Source: a virus (Duplodnaviria > Caudoviricetes). Taken from it: 48,238 nucleotides of DNA. This document shows, one piece after another, positions 10,112 through 19,107 of this stretch (position 1 is the stretch's first letter; the number at the start of each line of letters is the position of its first letter). The DNA lies in the IMG/VR virus record IMGVR_UViG_3300029286_000065, positions 1-48,238 of that record, one strand, 5' to 3'. The position numbers were made by a program, and so were the translations under genes. The notes below the pieces were generated by a model that was given only the letters and a program-made list of their open reading frames with translations, was not told the DNA's origin and did not search any database.

Positions 10112-11923
10112 GTGGCAAGTTATAGAGGTGATTATTCTGGTCAAGGTCAACAAGTGAATCCTACCATATTTAACAGAGTTTTAAGGGGGTTATCAAATGT
10201 ATTTGGTGGTCTGGATTATAACGAAATGAAAGTTAAGAACGCTTATGCTTTGGGTGTTCACGAAGAAACTACTGATGTCGCTTATCATCCACAGGGTACA
10301 AATATGTATGATTTATTTACGAAAAAAACAATAGCACGTTTTTTGGATAAAAAATCAATAGCGTACTTAGATAGAACATATTTAGATAAACGTAAAATTT
10401 TAAGACAATATTCCATAAAAGATGAAATTAAGGATTTTATTACACAAATATGTGATGAATGTATTATATATGATGAAAATAATAAATTTTGTTATGTAAA
10501 AGATTTACCTGATACTTTTGATCAAACAATTCGTCAAAAATATCAAGAAAATTTCAATAAAATAATGAATGAATTTAATTTTATTGATGGTGTTGTAGCT
10601 TGGAATTATTTGAGAAATTTAATTATTGATGGTTATATAGCATTTGAAATTATTTATGATGATAGACAAAAAAACATAATAGATTTGGCCCCATTGGATC
10701 CAATGACACTCATAGTCGCGACAGATCCAATGTCAAACACAATGATTTGGATACAATTCCCAGACAACCCACAACTTCGTAGAATATTATTGGATTCACA
10801 AATAGTTTATATTTCGTATTCAAATAATAACGAATATGGTGATACTAGTTATGTTGAAAATCTTATTAGACCGTATAATCAATTAAAAATGCTTGAACAA
10901 GCAAAATTGTTATACAATATTAATCAAGCATCACTTTATAAAAAATTCATTATTCCAGTTGATGGTTTATCCCGTCAACAGGCAGAACAACAAATTTATG
11001 AATTGATGTCCGATTACCACGAAGATGTTCAATGGGATGAACATTTGGGACTTGTTTCAATGAATGGAAGTACAAACATTCCACATAGTAAAGATTTTTG
11101 GTTTCCATCATCAGCTGGTCAATCACCAACTTTTGATATAGTAAGACCAGAACAAAATAATTTAGCCGAAGATACTACATTACAATGGTTTTATAAAAAT
11201 TTTAAAAGGGCTAGTAAAATTCCATTTCAAAGACATGAAGAAGAAACAGGTGGTGGTACATTATATGATAGTACAACTTCAATGACCAGAGATGAAATAA
11301 AATTTAAAAATTTTATTACTAGGATTCGTACCATTTATAAAGAATTAATAACAAAACCACTGAGAATTCAAATGGTTTTAGATTTTCCGGAATTAAAAAA
11401 AGATATTGTTTTCGCAAACTCTTTAAGATTATTATTTAATTCTGATGTTTTGTTTGAGGAATGGAAATATTTAGCAAATTTGGACAAAAGATCACAAATA
11501 GCTGCTACATTAAGTAGTAATTTGATGGATGCTGAACAAAAACCATATTTAAGTGTAGAATGGATTGCTAGAAATATTATGAAATTTTCCGATAAAGATA
11601 TTGAAGAAAATGAAAAATATAAAATGATGGAAAGAAAGAAAGCCCTACAAAACGCTGGGATAGCACCACCAGAAGGTGGCGGACCAATGGGTGGTGGACC
11701 AATGGGTGGTGGACCAATGGGTGGTGGACCAATGGGTGGTGGATCACCGATGGGTGGGGGTGGGGCACCACCAGAACCGGAAGGTGGTGGTGGAGAAATT
11801 CCAACACCACAAGGTGAAGTGGGTGGGCCACAAGGTGGTGGTGCACAAGGTGGATTGGGTGGACCACAAGGTGGTGCACAAGTAGGTGGTGGTCAAGCTG
11901 GTGGTGGAACCCCGACTATTTAA
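10112..11923 (+). CDS. Portal vertex protein (T4 gp20-like)
   Basis: EI..FITQICDE, IDGYIAFE, LDP, RPYNQLKMLE, KDFWFP, IPFQR, TRDEIKFKNFI.R.R motifs; position in the head module. Confidence 0.93.
   Translation: MASYRGDYSGQGQQVNPTIFNRVLRGLSNVFGGLDYNEMKVKNAYALGVHEETTDVAYHPQGTNMYDLFTKKTIARFLDKKSIAYLDRTYLDKRKILRQYSIKDEIKDFITQICDECIIYDENNKFCYVKDLPDTFDQTIRQKYQENFNKIMNEFNFIDGVVAWNYLRNLIIDGYIAFEIIYDDRQKNIIDLAPLDPMTLIVATDPMSNTMIWIQFPDNPQLRRILLDSQIVYISYSNNNEYGDTSYVENLIRPYNQLKMLEQAKLLYNINQASLYKKFIIPVDGLSRQQAEQQIYELMSDYHEDVQWDEHLGLVSMNGSTNIPHSKDFWFPSSAGQSPTFDIVRPEQNNLAEDTTLQWFYKNFKRASKIPFQRHEEETGGGTLYDSTTSMTRDEIKFKNFITRIRTIYKELITKPLRIQMVLDFPELKKDIVFANSLRLLFNSDVLFEEWKYLANLDKRSQIAATLSSNLMDAEQKPYLSVEWIARNIMKFSDKDIEENEKYKMMERKKALQNAGIAPPEGGGPMGGGPMGGGPMGGGPMGGGSPMGGGGAPPEPEGGGGEIPTPQGEVGGPQGGGAQGGLGGPQGGAQVGGGQAGGGTPTI
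11675..11752 (+). repeat. 15-bp tandem repeat encoding (GGGPM)4-GGGSPM in the portal C-terminal tail
   Basis: GGTGGTGGACCAATG-type units read directly. Confidence 0.9.
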
Positions 11924-13484
11924 TATATTTGAATTTTAAGTTTCCACTATCATAAATTCGATAGATTTTTCTTTCTAACATAATTTTATGTTCTGTTTTA
12001 TTAATATCAAACTTTTCTTTGCCGATAATATAATAATAATTTGGTTTTGTTTTATCAACTAAAATAAAACCAAGTTTTTTATATAAATCTTCATTCCACG
12101 ATCTATCGGAATAACCAATAATTTCAACGGGACTGTATTTTTCGACAAAATATTTAAATAATTTGTTTTCAGAACCAATAATATTTGTATTTAATTTATT
12201 ACAAAATCTTAATATTTCATAAATGTTATTTTTTTGTCCAAATATCATCAAAGAAATTAATTCATCATCATGAAATAAGCCTATTTTAATTTTTGAATTA
12301 ACAAATCCTCGTAAATGATTTTTTTCAAGAAAATAACGAATCAAATCATTATTTTTAATTTCTTTGATTTTACATTTTCTAGAATAAATTTTATTTGGTG
12401 TTTTATCAAGTAAATTTAATATTTTTGATTTAACTATTTCTTTTTTATAAATCCATTCGTCTTCATAAATATGAATTAAATATATTCCTTGTTGTTCACA
12501 TAATTCTGTTTTGTTTAAATGATAATTATCATTTTTACTAATTTCATTGTGCCAAAATAATCCATTAAATTCAAACGCTAGTTTTAAATCTGGTAAATAA
12601 ATATCCAGTTCATATGGATAAATTATTTTTCTATTATTTAAAATGATATTTCCCAAATAATTTTCTTTAATGAAATCTTGAAGTTGTATTTCATATCCAC
12701 TATTTGAAAAAGAATTTATTGGATTACATATAGTGCACATTATCGTATTTAATTCAAATCTAGTATAAAATGCCTTTTTACCTATTTCGTATTCTTTATT
12801 ACATTTATCACATCTAAAAATAAATGAATCTTCTTTGATGTTTAAAAAGTTAATATTGTATTTATTTGTTAATTTTATTATATTATTTTTTTTAATTATT
12901 TCTTTGAAATTTTTATGTTGTGATATTATTTTTACTCCATTATTTTTAAAACATGTATTTTCTTTTTTTATTTTTACATCCTCAATCATCGATACATTTT
13001 TAACATTATATTTTTTTTCAACAGTATTATTTATTTGTTGTCTAACCGACTTATTACTTAAAAAATATTCATCTCCACAATTTTTTTTATTGGTATTTTT
13101 AATTTTAGTTTTTATATCATTGTTTTGAGTGATGTGTTCTACATTATATATCTTTTTAATTGTTTCTTTTGATTTTTCCTTTACACTATCTAATTGAAAT
13201 ACATTCTTAACACCATATTTTTTTATTAAATTTTCTTCTCTTTTACAAATTACACAAATGTAATTTTCTAAATAATTATTTTTAAATAAAGAATTAAATT
13301 TAATTTTTTCCTCTTTATTACATTTATCACAAATAACATCTATATCAATTTTACACCCCTTACTTAAATGTAATATCTGAACATTTATAGTATCACTAAT
13401 ATTACATTTATATCCCAAATCATCATATCTTTTTTTATTTCGTCTACAAATAATTATAGGAACTGTTTTATTTTTAAGCATCAA
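11916..13484 (-). CDS. Free-standing homing-endonuclease-like protein (Zn ribbons, KYGV repeats, PD-(D/E)xK/Vsr-like domain)
   Basis: CDKC/CVIC, KYGVKNV repeats, ELDIYLPDLKLAFEFNGLFWH, IHIYEDEW; paralog of 19108-20874. Confidence 0.75.
   Translation of the reverse strand: MMLKNKTVPIIICRRNKKRYDDLGYKCNISDTINVQILHLSKGCKIDIDVICDKCNKEEKIKFNSLFKNNYLENYICVICKREENLIKKYGVKNVFQLDSVKEKSKETIKKIYNVEHITQNNDIKTKIKNTNKKNCGDEYFLSNKSVRQQINNTVEKKYNVKNVSMIEDVKIKKENTCFKNNGVKIISQHKNFKEIIKKNNIIKLTNKYNINFLNIKEDSFIFRCDKCNKEYEIGKKAFYTRFELNTIMCTICNPINSFSNSGYEIQLQDFIKENYLGNIILNNRKIIYPYELDIYLPDLKLAFEFNGLFWHNEISKNDNYHLNKTELCEQQGIYLIHIYEDEWIYKKEIVKSKILNLLDKTPNKIYSRKCKIKEIKNNDLIRYFLEKNHLRGFVNSKIKIGLFHDDELISLMIFGQKNNIYEILRFCNKLNTNIIGSENKLFKYFVEKYSPVEIIGYSDRSWNEDLYKKLGFILVDKTKPNYYYIIGKEKFDINKTEHKIMLERKIYRIYDSGNLKFKYIK
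12140..12224. repeat. Left arm of an 85-bp inverted repeat (partner 20536-20620)
   Basis: Reverse complement matches 20536-20620 at 84/85 positions by hand alignment. Confidence 0.85.
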
Positions 13485-14557
13485 TTTAAAATTAATTTAT
13501 TGAAATTATCATAATCTTTATTTATTATAAAAATAAATTGATATCCTTGTTCTTTACAAGTTTTTTCTTTAATTAAATTTTTTTCAATGTGCTTATCATA
13601 CCATATTGACGATTTAATTTCAACAATTAAATTATAATCCGGTAAATAAAAATCGGAATAATATTTTAATTTTTTATCATTTTGTTCATATAATATTGTT
13701 TTACCATTCATAATTGTAAATTCACCAAAATATTTATCTAAAAAATCTTTTTCATACGATCCCTGATAATATAATGGTGTATTCTTATAATATTTTATTT
13801 TAAATGATGTTCTTATCATTTTTTTATATATTTCTTCATTAAGTAAAACGTGTTCTACACCATATTTTCTTAAAAAAGTCTTTTTTCTTTTTTCTTTTGC
13901 AGATTCTATTTGAGATGTATATTCACAACCATATTTTTCTAAACATGTTTTTTTTGATTTTTTTTTAATAATATCACATTGTAAGGGATATTCAACACCC
14001 CAATTTTCTAAACACGTTTCCTTTATTTTATTTTTTATCGATTCAACTTGAGATACATATTCAAAACCATATTTTTCTAAACATGTTTCTCTTGATTTTT
14101 TTTTGATGTTTTCATTCGACAAACCCCAATCACATCCAAATTTTTCATTATTGGTTTCAATCTTTTTATTTTGAAAAATTTCTGATTGTGATACATTCTC
14201 TACACCATATTTTTTAATCACTGTTGATTTCATTTTATCCAAAACTTCGGTTCTTTGTGATGGATATTTTTTACCATATTTTTTTAAATTGGTTTCTTCT
14301 AATTTAAATTGTGAACATTTTCGACATAAATAATCACCAAATTTATTATTATACCCTAAGTAATCTCTATATCCAATATCTTTTTCCTTTCCACAAGTGT
14401 CACACTTACATTTAATAATAGAGTGTGAACCACTTTTGATGTTTTCTACTTTAATGTTTAATTCATCACCAACACCAATGTCTTTATATCCCAAATTCTT
14501 ATAATATTTCATATTACTTGGGTGAATGGTTACTGTTATTGATTTCGTTAATATCAT
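13481..14557 (-). CDS. Homing-endonuclease-like protein (KYG repeats, C-terminal PD-(D/E)xK nuclease)
   Basis: CDTC/CRKC; about 7 ETCLEKYG.EY-like repeats of ~22 aa; YQGSYEKDF...YYSDFYL....IVEIKS. Confidence 0.75.
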   Translation of the reverse strand: MILTKSITVTIHPSNMKYYKNLGYKDIGVGDELNIKVENIKSGSHSIIKCKCDTCGKEKDIGYRDYLGYNNKFGDYLCRKCSQFKLEETNLKKYGKKYPSQRTEVLDKMKSTVIKKYGVENVSQSEIFQNKKIETNNEKFGCDWGLSNENIKKKSRETCLEKYGFEYVSQVESIKNKIKETCLENWGVEYPLQCDIIKKKSKKTCLEKYGCEYTSQIESAKEKRKKTFLRKYGVEHVLLNEEIYKKMIRTSFKIKYYKNTPLYYQGSYEKDFLDKYFGEFTIMNGKTILYEQNDKKLKYYSDFYLPDYNLIVEIKSSIWYDKHIEKNLIKEKTCKEQGYQFIFIINKDYDNFNKLILN

Positions 14558-14654
14558 TTTTATTTATTATTTTTTATTTTTTATTATATATAAAATATCA
14601 AACACCCAAAACAGTAAAAATTCTTTTTAATGGAAAAATATTGATTTTTAATGA

Positions 14655-14663
14655 TAATATATA
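14655..14663 (+). promoter_or_regulatory. Putative late promoter TAATATATA
   Basis: Exact motif upstream of the protease gene. Confidence 0.65.
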
Positions 14664-14676
14664 AACAAAAATAACA

Positions 14677-17115
14677 TTGAAAATCCAACCTATGAAAAAT
14701 GTAATGATTATTGATAACTCATTTTTGGGTGGTGGTTTAGAAAAAATTAATGAAGTTGTAAGTCGTAAGGGAAATGTCCTATATATAATGCACGGCGTAT
14801 TTACCGAATTTTCAATTCGCAATCGTAACGACAGAATTTATACAGCTGAGAAATTTCTACCCCATCTTAGTGAGTTATTAGAAAGAAAAAATTTACTGAA
14901 AGTAGTTTACGGGGAGTTTGATCATCCCGATGTATTTGATACTAGTTTAACCAGAATATCACACACAATTCAAAATGCATGGTATGTAAAAGAAACCAAT
15001 AGAGTTGATGGTGAAATTCGTTTAACTAATACCTTTTACGGAAAGGAAGCAAAAGCACTCGTAGATGATGACCTACCAATTTTCGTATCAAGTAGAGCAG
15101 CCGGTGTAACTGAATCAAATAGTGAAGTAAGTATTAAGAAACTTTTCACATATGATGCTGTTGCTGATCCGGGTTTTAGTTCTGCTAGAATGGAATTAAA
15201 GAACATGAATGAATCATTGGGTTACAATGAAAACTTAAACTTCAGGATATTTGATATGTCCGAGGAGTCAAAAATTAATGAATTATATCATATGGATAAA
15301 AACGAATTAGCAACTCAATTTAAAATGGAAGAGTTTAAGGAGTATTTAGACGGTGAGTTAATGAAAACAAAAAAATCTATCGATGAAACTCTTAGTAGTA
15401 AGAATTTTGATCCAGATAAACTTTCACGTCTTTATGAAGAATTCGAATCTTTGATGCATGGACAGAAGAAGATAACAGAATATCTTGACCACATTGCTGA
15501 CGCAATTAAAGTTTTAGTTGAAGAAAACAAACAACTAAAGAAAAGTAATGAAAAATTAGAAGAAAAAGTTGACAGAACAAAAGACAGAACAAAAGATTTA
15601 ATTAAACACAATGATTATTTGGCCGAAAGTTTAGAAAAAACTATGGACTATTTGGGTTATGTCGCAGAATCAACAGATCAAGTTATTACCTATCAAAAGT
15701 ATATAGCAGAAAAATTAGATAATGGAATTTCTTTTATCGAATATGTTGCCGAAAATGTTGATAATACCATTAAATACAGTGAATATATCGCTGAAAATTA
15801 TGATAAAATTGTTGATTATACTGAATATGTTGCCGAAAATCTTGATAAGAATATCGCATATACTGAATATGTTGCAGAAAATCTTGATAATACTATCGAT
15901 TATGCTGAATATATTGGTGAAAGTGCAGACAAAATTATTGACTATACCCAATATATCGCTGAAAATGTAGATAATGCTATTAGATATTCCGAATATGTTG
16001 GTGAAAATGTTGATCATTCTATTCATTATGGTGAATATGTTGCTGAAAATGTAACTGACGTTATGGCTTATCAAAAATATAACGCAGAAGTTTTGGATAG
16101 AACAATTGATTACACAAAGAAAATTGTTGAAAAACTTAACAATTCTATTGGAAACCCATTAAACGAAGCAATTGGTGAAATGGGAGATATGACAGCTGAT
16201 GATCCTCAAGCATATTATGATGATAAAGAAAAACCAGAAGGTGAACCAGAAGATGGACAACCAACAGGTGAAGGACAACCAACAGGTGAAATCCCACAAG
16301 GAGAAACCCCACAAGGAGAAGAAACCCCACAAGGACAAGGAGAAGAAACCCCAGAAGATATTGAGGGCGTAAACACTGAAGAAGTACAAGATGGTCAAGA
16401 AGAAACCGAAGAACTTGGTATTGTTCCGGGTATGGTTGTTAAGATTGACGATGACAAAACTGGTGAAGTTTTAGCAGTAAACACCGAAAACGGGGTTGTT
16501 GTTGTTAAAATGGGTGAAACAGATGAAACCGAAGAAATAGAAGAATCAAGAATTTCTATTTTGGGAACAGGAAAAATATATGAAAATGAAAATAAATTAC
16601 ATAATGAAGTAAAGAATTTAATTTTAGAAGCTAAGAAACGTGAAGCGTCTAAGGTAGAAGATCCACACTTCCTATTATTCTTAACCGAAAAACAAAAAAC
16701 TAATTATTATAGTTTAACACCAGAAGTTAAGGAACAAGTGAACTTTGCAATGAACGAAAACAAAGGTAAATACACAAATGCGGGAGAAGTTCTTTCAATA
16801 ATTCAAAAAACTATTACAAAGACTGCAAAACCATTAAATGAAATGTTGGTTGAAAATATTCCAAGTGAATTGAAACCAATGTGGGATGGTTTAAATCCAA
16901 AAATTCAAGAAGGTATTTTAAACGAAGCACAATTTTATACAAACTTGACAGAGGACAAAGTAGAATCATTTTGGATCACTAGAAATCTAGAAGTATATAC
17001 TTCAAGACAAAACGCTAGTAAGAAGGTATTAAACGAAAACGTAAATGATTACGACAACTTCAAACTATCGGATGAACAACTTGACTCGTTCAAAAAAATT
17101 CTTAACAGATATTAA
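14677..17115 (+). CDS. Prohead protease (T4 gp21-like) fused to a scaffold/core region (gp22-like); likely start ATG 14692
   Basis: NRNDRIY, GEFDHP, ISH, VSSRAAG, YDAVADPGF gp21 motifs, followed by coiled coil, 14-aa repeats and an acidic linker. Confidence 0.9.
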   Translation: MKIQPMKNVMIIDNSFLGGGLEKINEVVSRKGNVLYIMHGVFTEFSIRNRNDRIYTAEKFLPHLSELLERKNLLKVVYGEFDHPDVFDTSLTRISHTIQNAWYVKETNRVDGEIRLTNTFYGKEAKALVDDDLPIFVSSRAAGVTESNSEVSIKKLFTYDAVADPGFSSARMELKNMNESLGYNENLNFRIFDMSEESKINELYHMDKNELATQFKMEEFKEYLDGELMKTKKSIDETLSSKNFDPDKLSRLYEEFESLMHGQKKITEYLDHIADAIKVLVEENKQLKKSNEKLEEKVDRTKDRTKDLIKHNDYLAESLEKTMDYLGYVAESTDQVITYQKYIAEKLDNGISFIEYVAENVDNTIKYSEYIAENYDKIVDYTEYVAENLDKNIAYTEYVAENLDNTIDYAEYIGESADKIIDYTQYIAENVDNAIRYSEYVGENVDHSIHYGEYVAENVTDVMAYQKYNAEVLDRTIDYTKKIVEKLNNSIGNPLNEAIGEMGDMTADDPQAYYDDKEKPEGEPEDGQPTGEGQPTGEIPQGETPQGEETPQGQGEETPEDIEGVNTEEVQDGQEETEELGIVPGMVVKIDDDKTGEVLAVNTENGVVVVKMGETDETEEIEESRISILGTGKIYENENKLHNEVKNLILEAKKREASKVEDPHFLLFLTEKQKTNYYSLTPEVKEQVNFAMNENKGKYTNAGEVLSIIQKTITKTAKPLNEMLVENIPSELKPMWDGLNPKIQEGILNEAQFYTNLTEDKVESFWITRNLEVYTSRQNASKKVLNENVNDYDNFKLSDEQLDSFKKILNRY
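15616..16119 (+). repeat. Twelve tandem 42-bp (14-aa) repeats, consensus YVAEN.D..I.Y.E
   Basis: From YLAESLEKTMDYLG to YNAEVLDRTIDYTK with exact 42-nt periodicity. Confidence 0.92.
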
Positions 17116-17183
17116 TCTGTTAAAATATATGTTTAGTTTTCCCATAATATCTGTGAAAATGGAAAAAATTGGGATTTTCGATT

Positions 17184-17192
17184 AAATATATA
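17184..17192 (+). promoter_or_regulatory. Putative late promoter variant AAATATATA upstream of the MCP
   Basis: One mismatch to TAATATATA, 25 nt before ATG 17218. Confidence 0.55.
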
Positions 17193-17217
17193 CTAAAAAA
17201 TAATCAAAAAATAAATT

Positions 17218-19017
17218 ATGGCACACTTTATAGTAGATAAGCCAAAAGCTTTAAAAAAATGGAATCCAATTTTAGAAGCCCTTAAAGTAAAGGACGATGA
17301 AAAAAGAGAATGGATGTCCGAATATGCTGAAATGCACCAGCTTCATATCAATGAAAACGTTGCATATACAACATTAAACCAAAATGGTATGGGTAATATT
17401 CTTGCCCCAACCGTTGGTACAATTCCTGCTTCCGTGTGGCAAGTCGGTGCTGGTGCAATTGGTTCTGGTGATGTTGCACAAAACTTACTTCCAGTAAGTA
17501 TGAAAATTGCAGCTCAAACAATTGGTTTAGACCTTGTTGCTGTAAAACCAACAGCTTCTCCAAGAATTGAGTTGTTATTCGTAGATTTTAAATACGATAA
17601 CGCTTATGGTGATGGAAGTCGTGAAGATCAAGATGCTGAACAAAGACCATTAGTTTTTAAAATTACAACTACATCACAAGATGCAGCTTTAGTTACTGCA
17701 TTACAATTACAACTTTCTGTTCTTGGAATTAAAGAACGTATTGGTGGAATTTCACAAAGAATGTGGGTAAAGTTAGAAGCAACTACAGCTGCTATTTTAG
17801 CAGTTGGTCCTTTAACTAATTCAAAACAAAATTGGTTGGAATTTTTAGGATTCTCACGTATTGACGGTCATCCAATTTTCCGTTGTTATCGTCAAGCTGG
17901 TTTTTCAGTTGGTGCATTAGTACCACAAGATGGTGCACCTGCATGGTCACAAACTAAAAATACATTTGATCAATCAACCGCAATGGCCACAACAATGGCT
18001 GGTGGTTTCTGGTATATTAATACAGTTGTAGCTACACATGTTCCTACAACAGTAGCAGCTACTGGTTACTTATCAGGTTTAACTATTCAATTGGTTTCAT
18101 TATTAGAAGATCAATTACCGGGATTCTCTGGTGGTTTCAATGATTTTGAAACTCCTTGGACAACTGGTGTACAAGACAACTACAAATCACAAGGTGGTGG
18201 CCCGATGAACCGTTATCAAGATGAAAAAACTTATCCAAGTGTAATTGGACCTGACGTATTTACTAAGGTTGTTACAGTTGGTGACATCGAAATCAGTTCA
18301 ACTTTAAAACGTACTCAAATCGAAGATATTAAAGCTGCAACTGGAATGGACATTGTTCAAAAATTGGAAGGTGTTCTTATCAATGAATTAACACAAGTTA
18401 TTTCAAAAGAAATCGTTGCTAAAATTAGAAGTTTAGCTTTGAAAAACAGAGTTTCTCACACTGCACCTAAAAATGCTGATGGTACAAGTAAATTCGACTT
18501 CGATGTTGATACTTACGCTGTTGCAGCTAACGCACCGGGGGGTGAAACTACACATACATTACAACGTAAATTAGTTGCGAAGATTAATAACGCTTCTAAC
18601 TTTATTGCTACTGATGGTCGTATCGGACCGGCTCAATATTTAGTAACAAACGGTAACATCGCTTCCGTATTACAAGATATCGCTGGTTATACACTTAACC
18701 CAACAAATGTTGGTAAATTGAACACAAACGGTCAATTATACCCAATGGGCAATATAGGAAATATTCAAATATATGTTGACCCATATATGAGATGGGATGA
18801 TAATTATGTTTATATTGGAAGAAAAAATACTATTGATCAACCGGGTCTTATTTTCATTCCTTATTTAATGGCACAATCTATCAGTTTAATTTCTGAAGCA
18901 ACTTGGGCACCTAGAATGTTAATTCGTTCAAGATATGCAGTAAGTGATATTGGTTTCTTTCCAGAAAAACAATTTATGGCTTTATCAGTTACCGATACTC
19001 ATGGTTATTTAATTTAA
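17218..19017 (+). CDS. Major capsid protein (T4 gp23-like)
   Basis: KW.PIL N-terminus, IGLDLVAVKP..SP, INEL...I.KEI spine helix, IYVDPY, GLIFIPY, P.M..RSRY; follows protease/scaffold; strong terminator downstream. Confidence 0.93.
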   Translation: MAHFIVDKPKALKKWNPILEALKVKDDEKREWMSEYAEMHQLHINENVAYTTLNQNGMGNILAPTVGTIPASVWQVGAGAIGSGDVAQNLLPVSMKIAAQTIGLDLVAVKPTASPRIELLFVDFKYDNAYGDGSREDQDAEQRPLVFKITTTSQDAALVTALQLQLSVLGIKERIGGISQRMWVKLEATTAAILAVGPLTNSKQNWLEFLGFSRIDGHPIFRCYRQAGFSVGALVPQDGAPAWSQTKNTFDQSTAMATTMAGGFWYINTVVATHVPTTVAATGYLSGLTIQLVSLLEDQLPGFSGGFNDFETPWTTGVQDNYKSQGGGPMNRYQDEKTYPSVIGPDVFTKVVTVGDIEISSTLKRTQIEDIKAATGMDIVQKLEGVLINELTQVISKEIVAKIRSLALKNRVSHTAPKNADGTSKFDFDVDTYAVAANAPGGETTHTLQRKLVAKINNASNFIATDGRIGPAQYLVTNGNIASVLQDIAGYTLNPTNVGKLNTNGQLYPMGNIGNIQIYVDPYMRWDDNYVYIGRKNTIDQPGLIFIPYLMAQSISLISEATWAPRMLIRSRYAVSDIGFFPEKQFMALSVTDTHGYLI

Positions 19018-19033
19018 TAGTTAAATACGACAC

Positions 19034-19064
19034 AAAAAAGCCGAATTTTATTCGGCTTTTTTTT
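19034..19064 (+). terminator. Rho-independent terminator after the MCP
   Basis: AAAAAAGCCGAAT-TTT-ATTCGGCTTTTTTTT. Confidence 0.9.
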
Positions 19065-19107
19065 ATGCTTTTTAAAAACTTATTTAAAATAAAAATATAT
19101 TAAATTT

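Noticed and set aside
11577-11885. His/Val-rich ORFs overlapping the portal 3' end
   Set aside because: Alternative-frame shadows of the GGGPM repeat
15616-16119. 42-bp periodic array as a CRISPR or non-coding repeat
   Set aside because: Units are in-frame, degenerate and conserved at the protein level; there is no constant repeat plus unique spacer structure
17102-17123. TTAACAGAT/ATCTGTTAA hairpin at the scaffold stop as a terminator
   Set aside because: AT-rich stem without a U-tract; function cannot be supported
10112-19017. Introns or inteins in portal, protease or MCP, given the nearby endonucleases
   Set aside because: All three ORFs are continuous, no intein terminal motifs were noticed, and the endonuclease genes are intergenic
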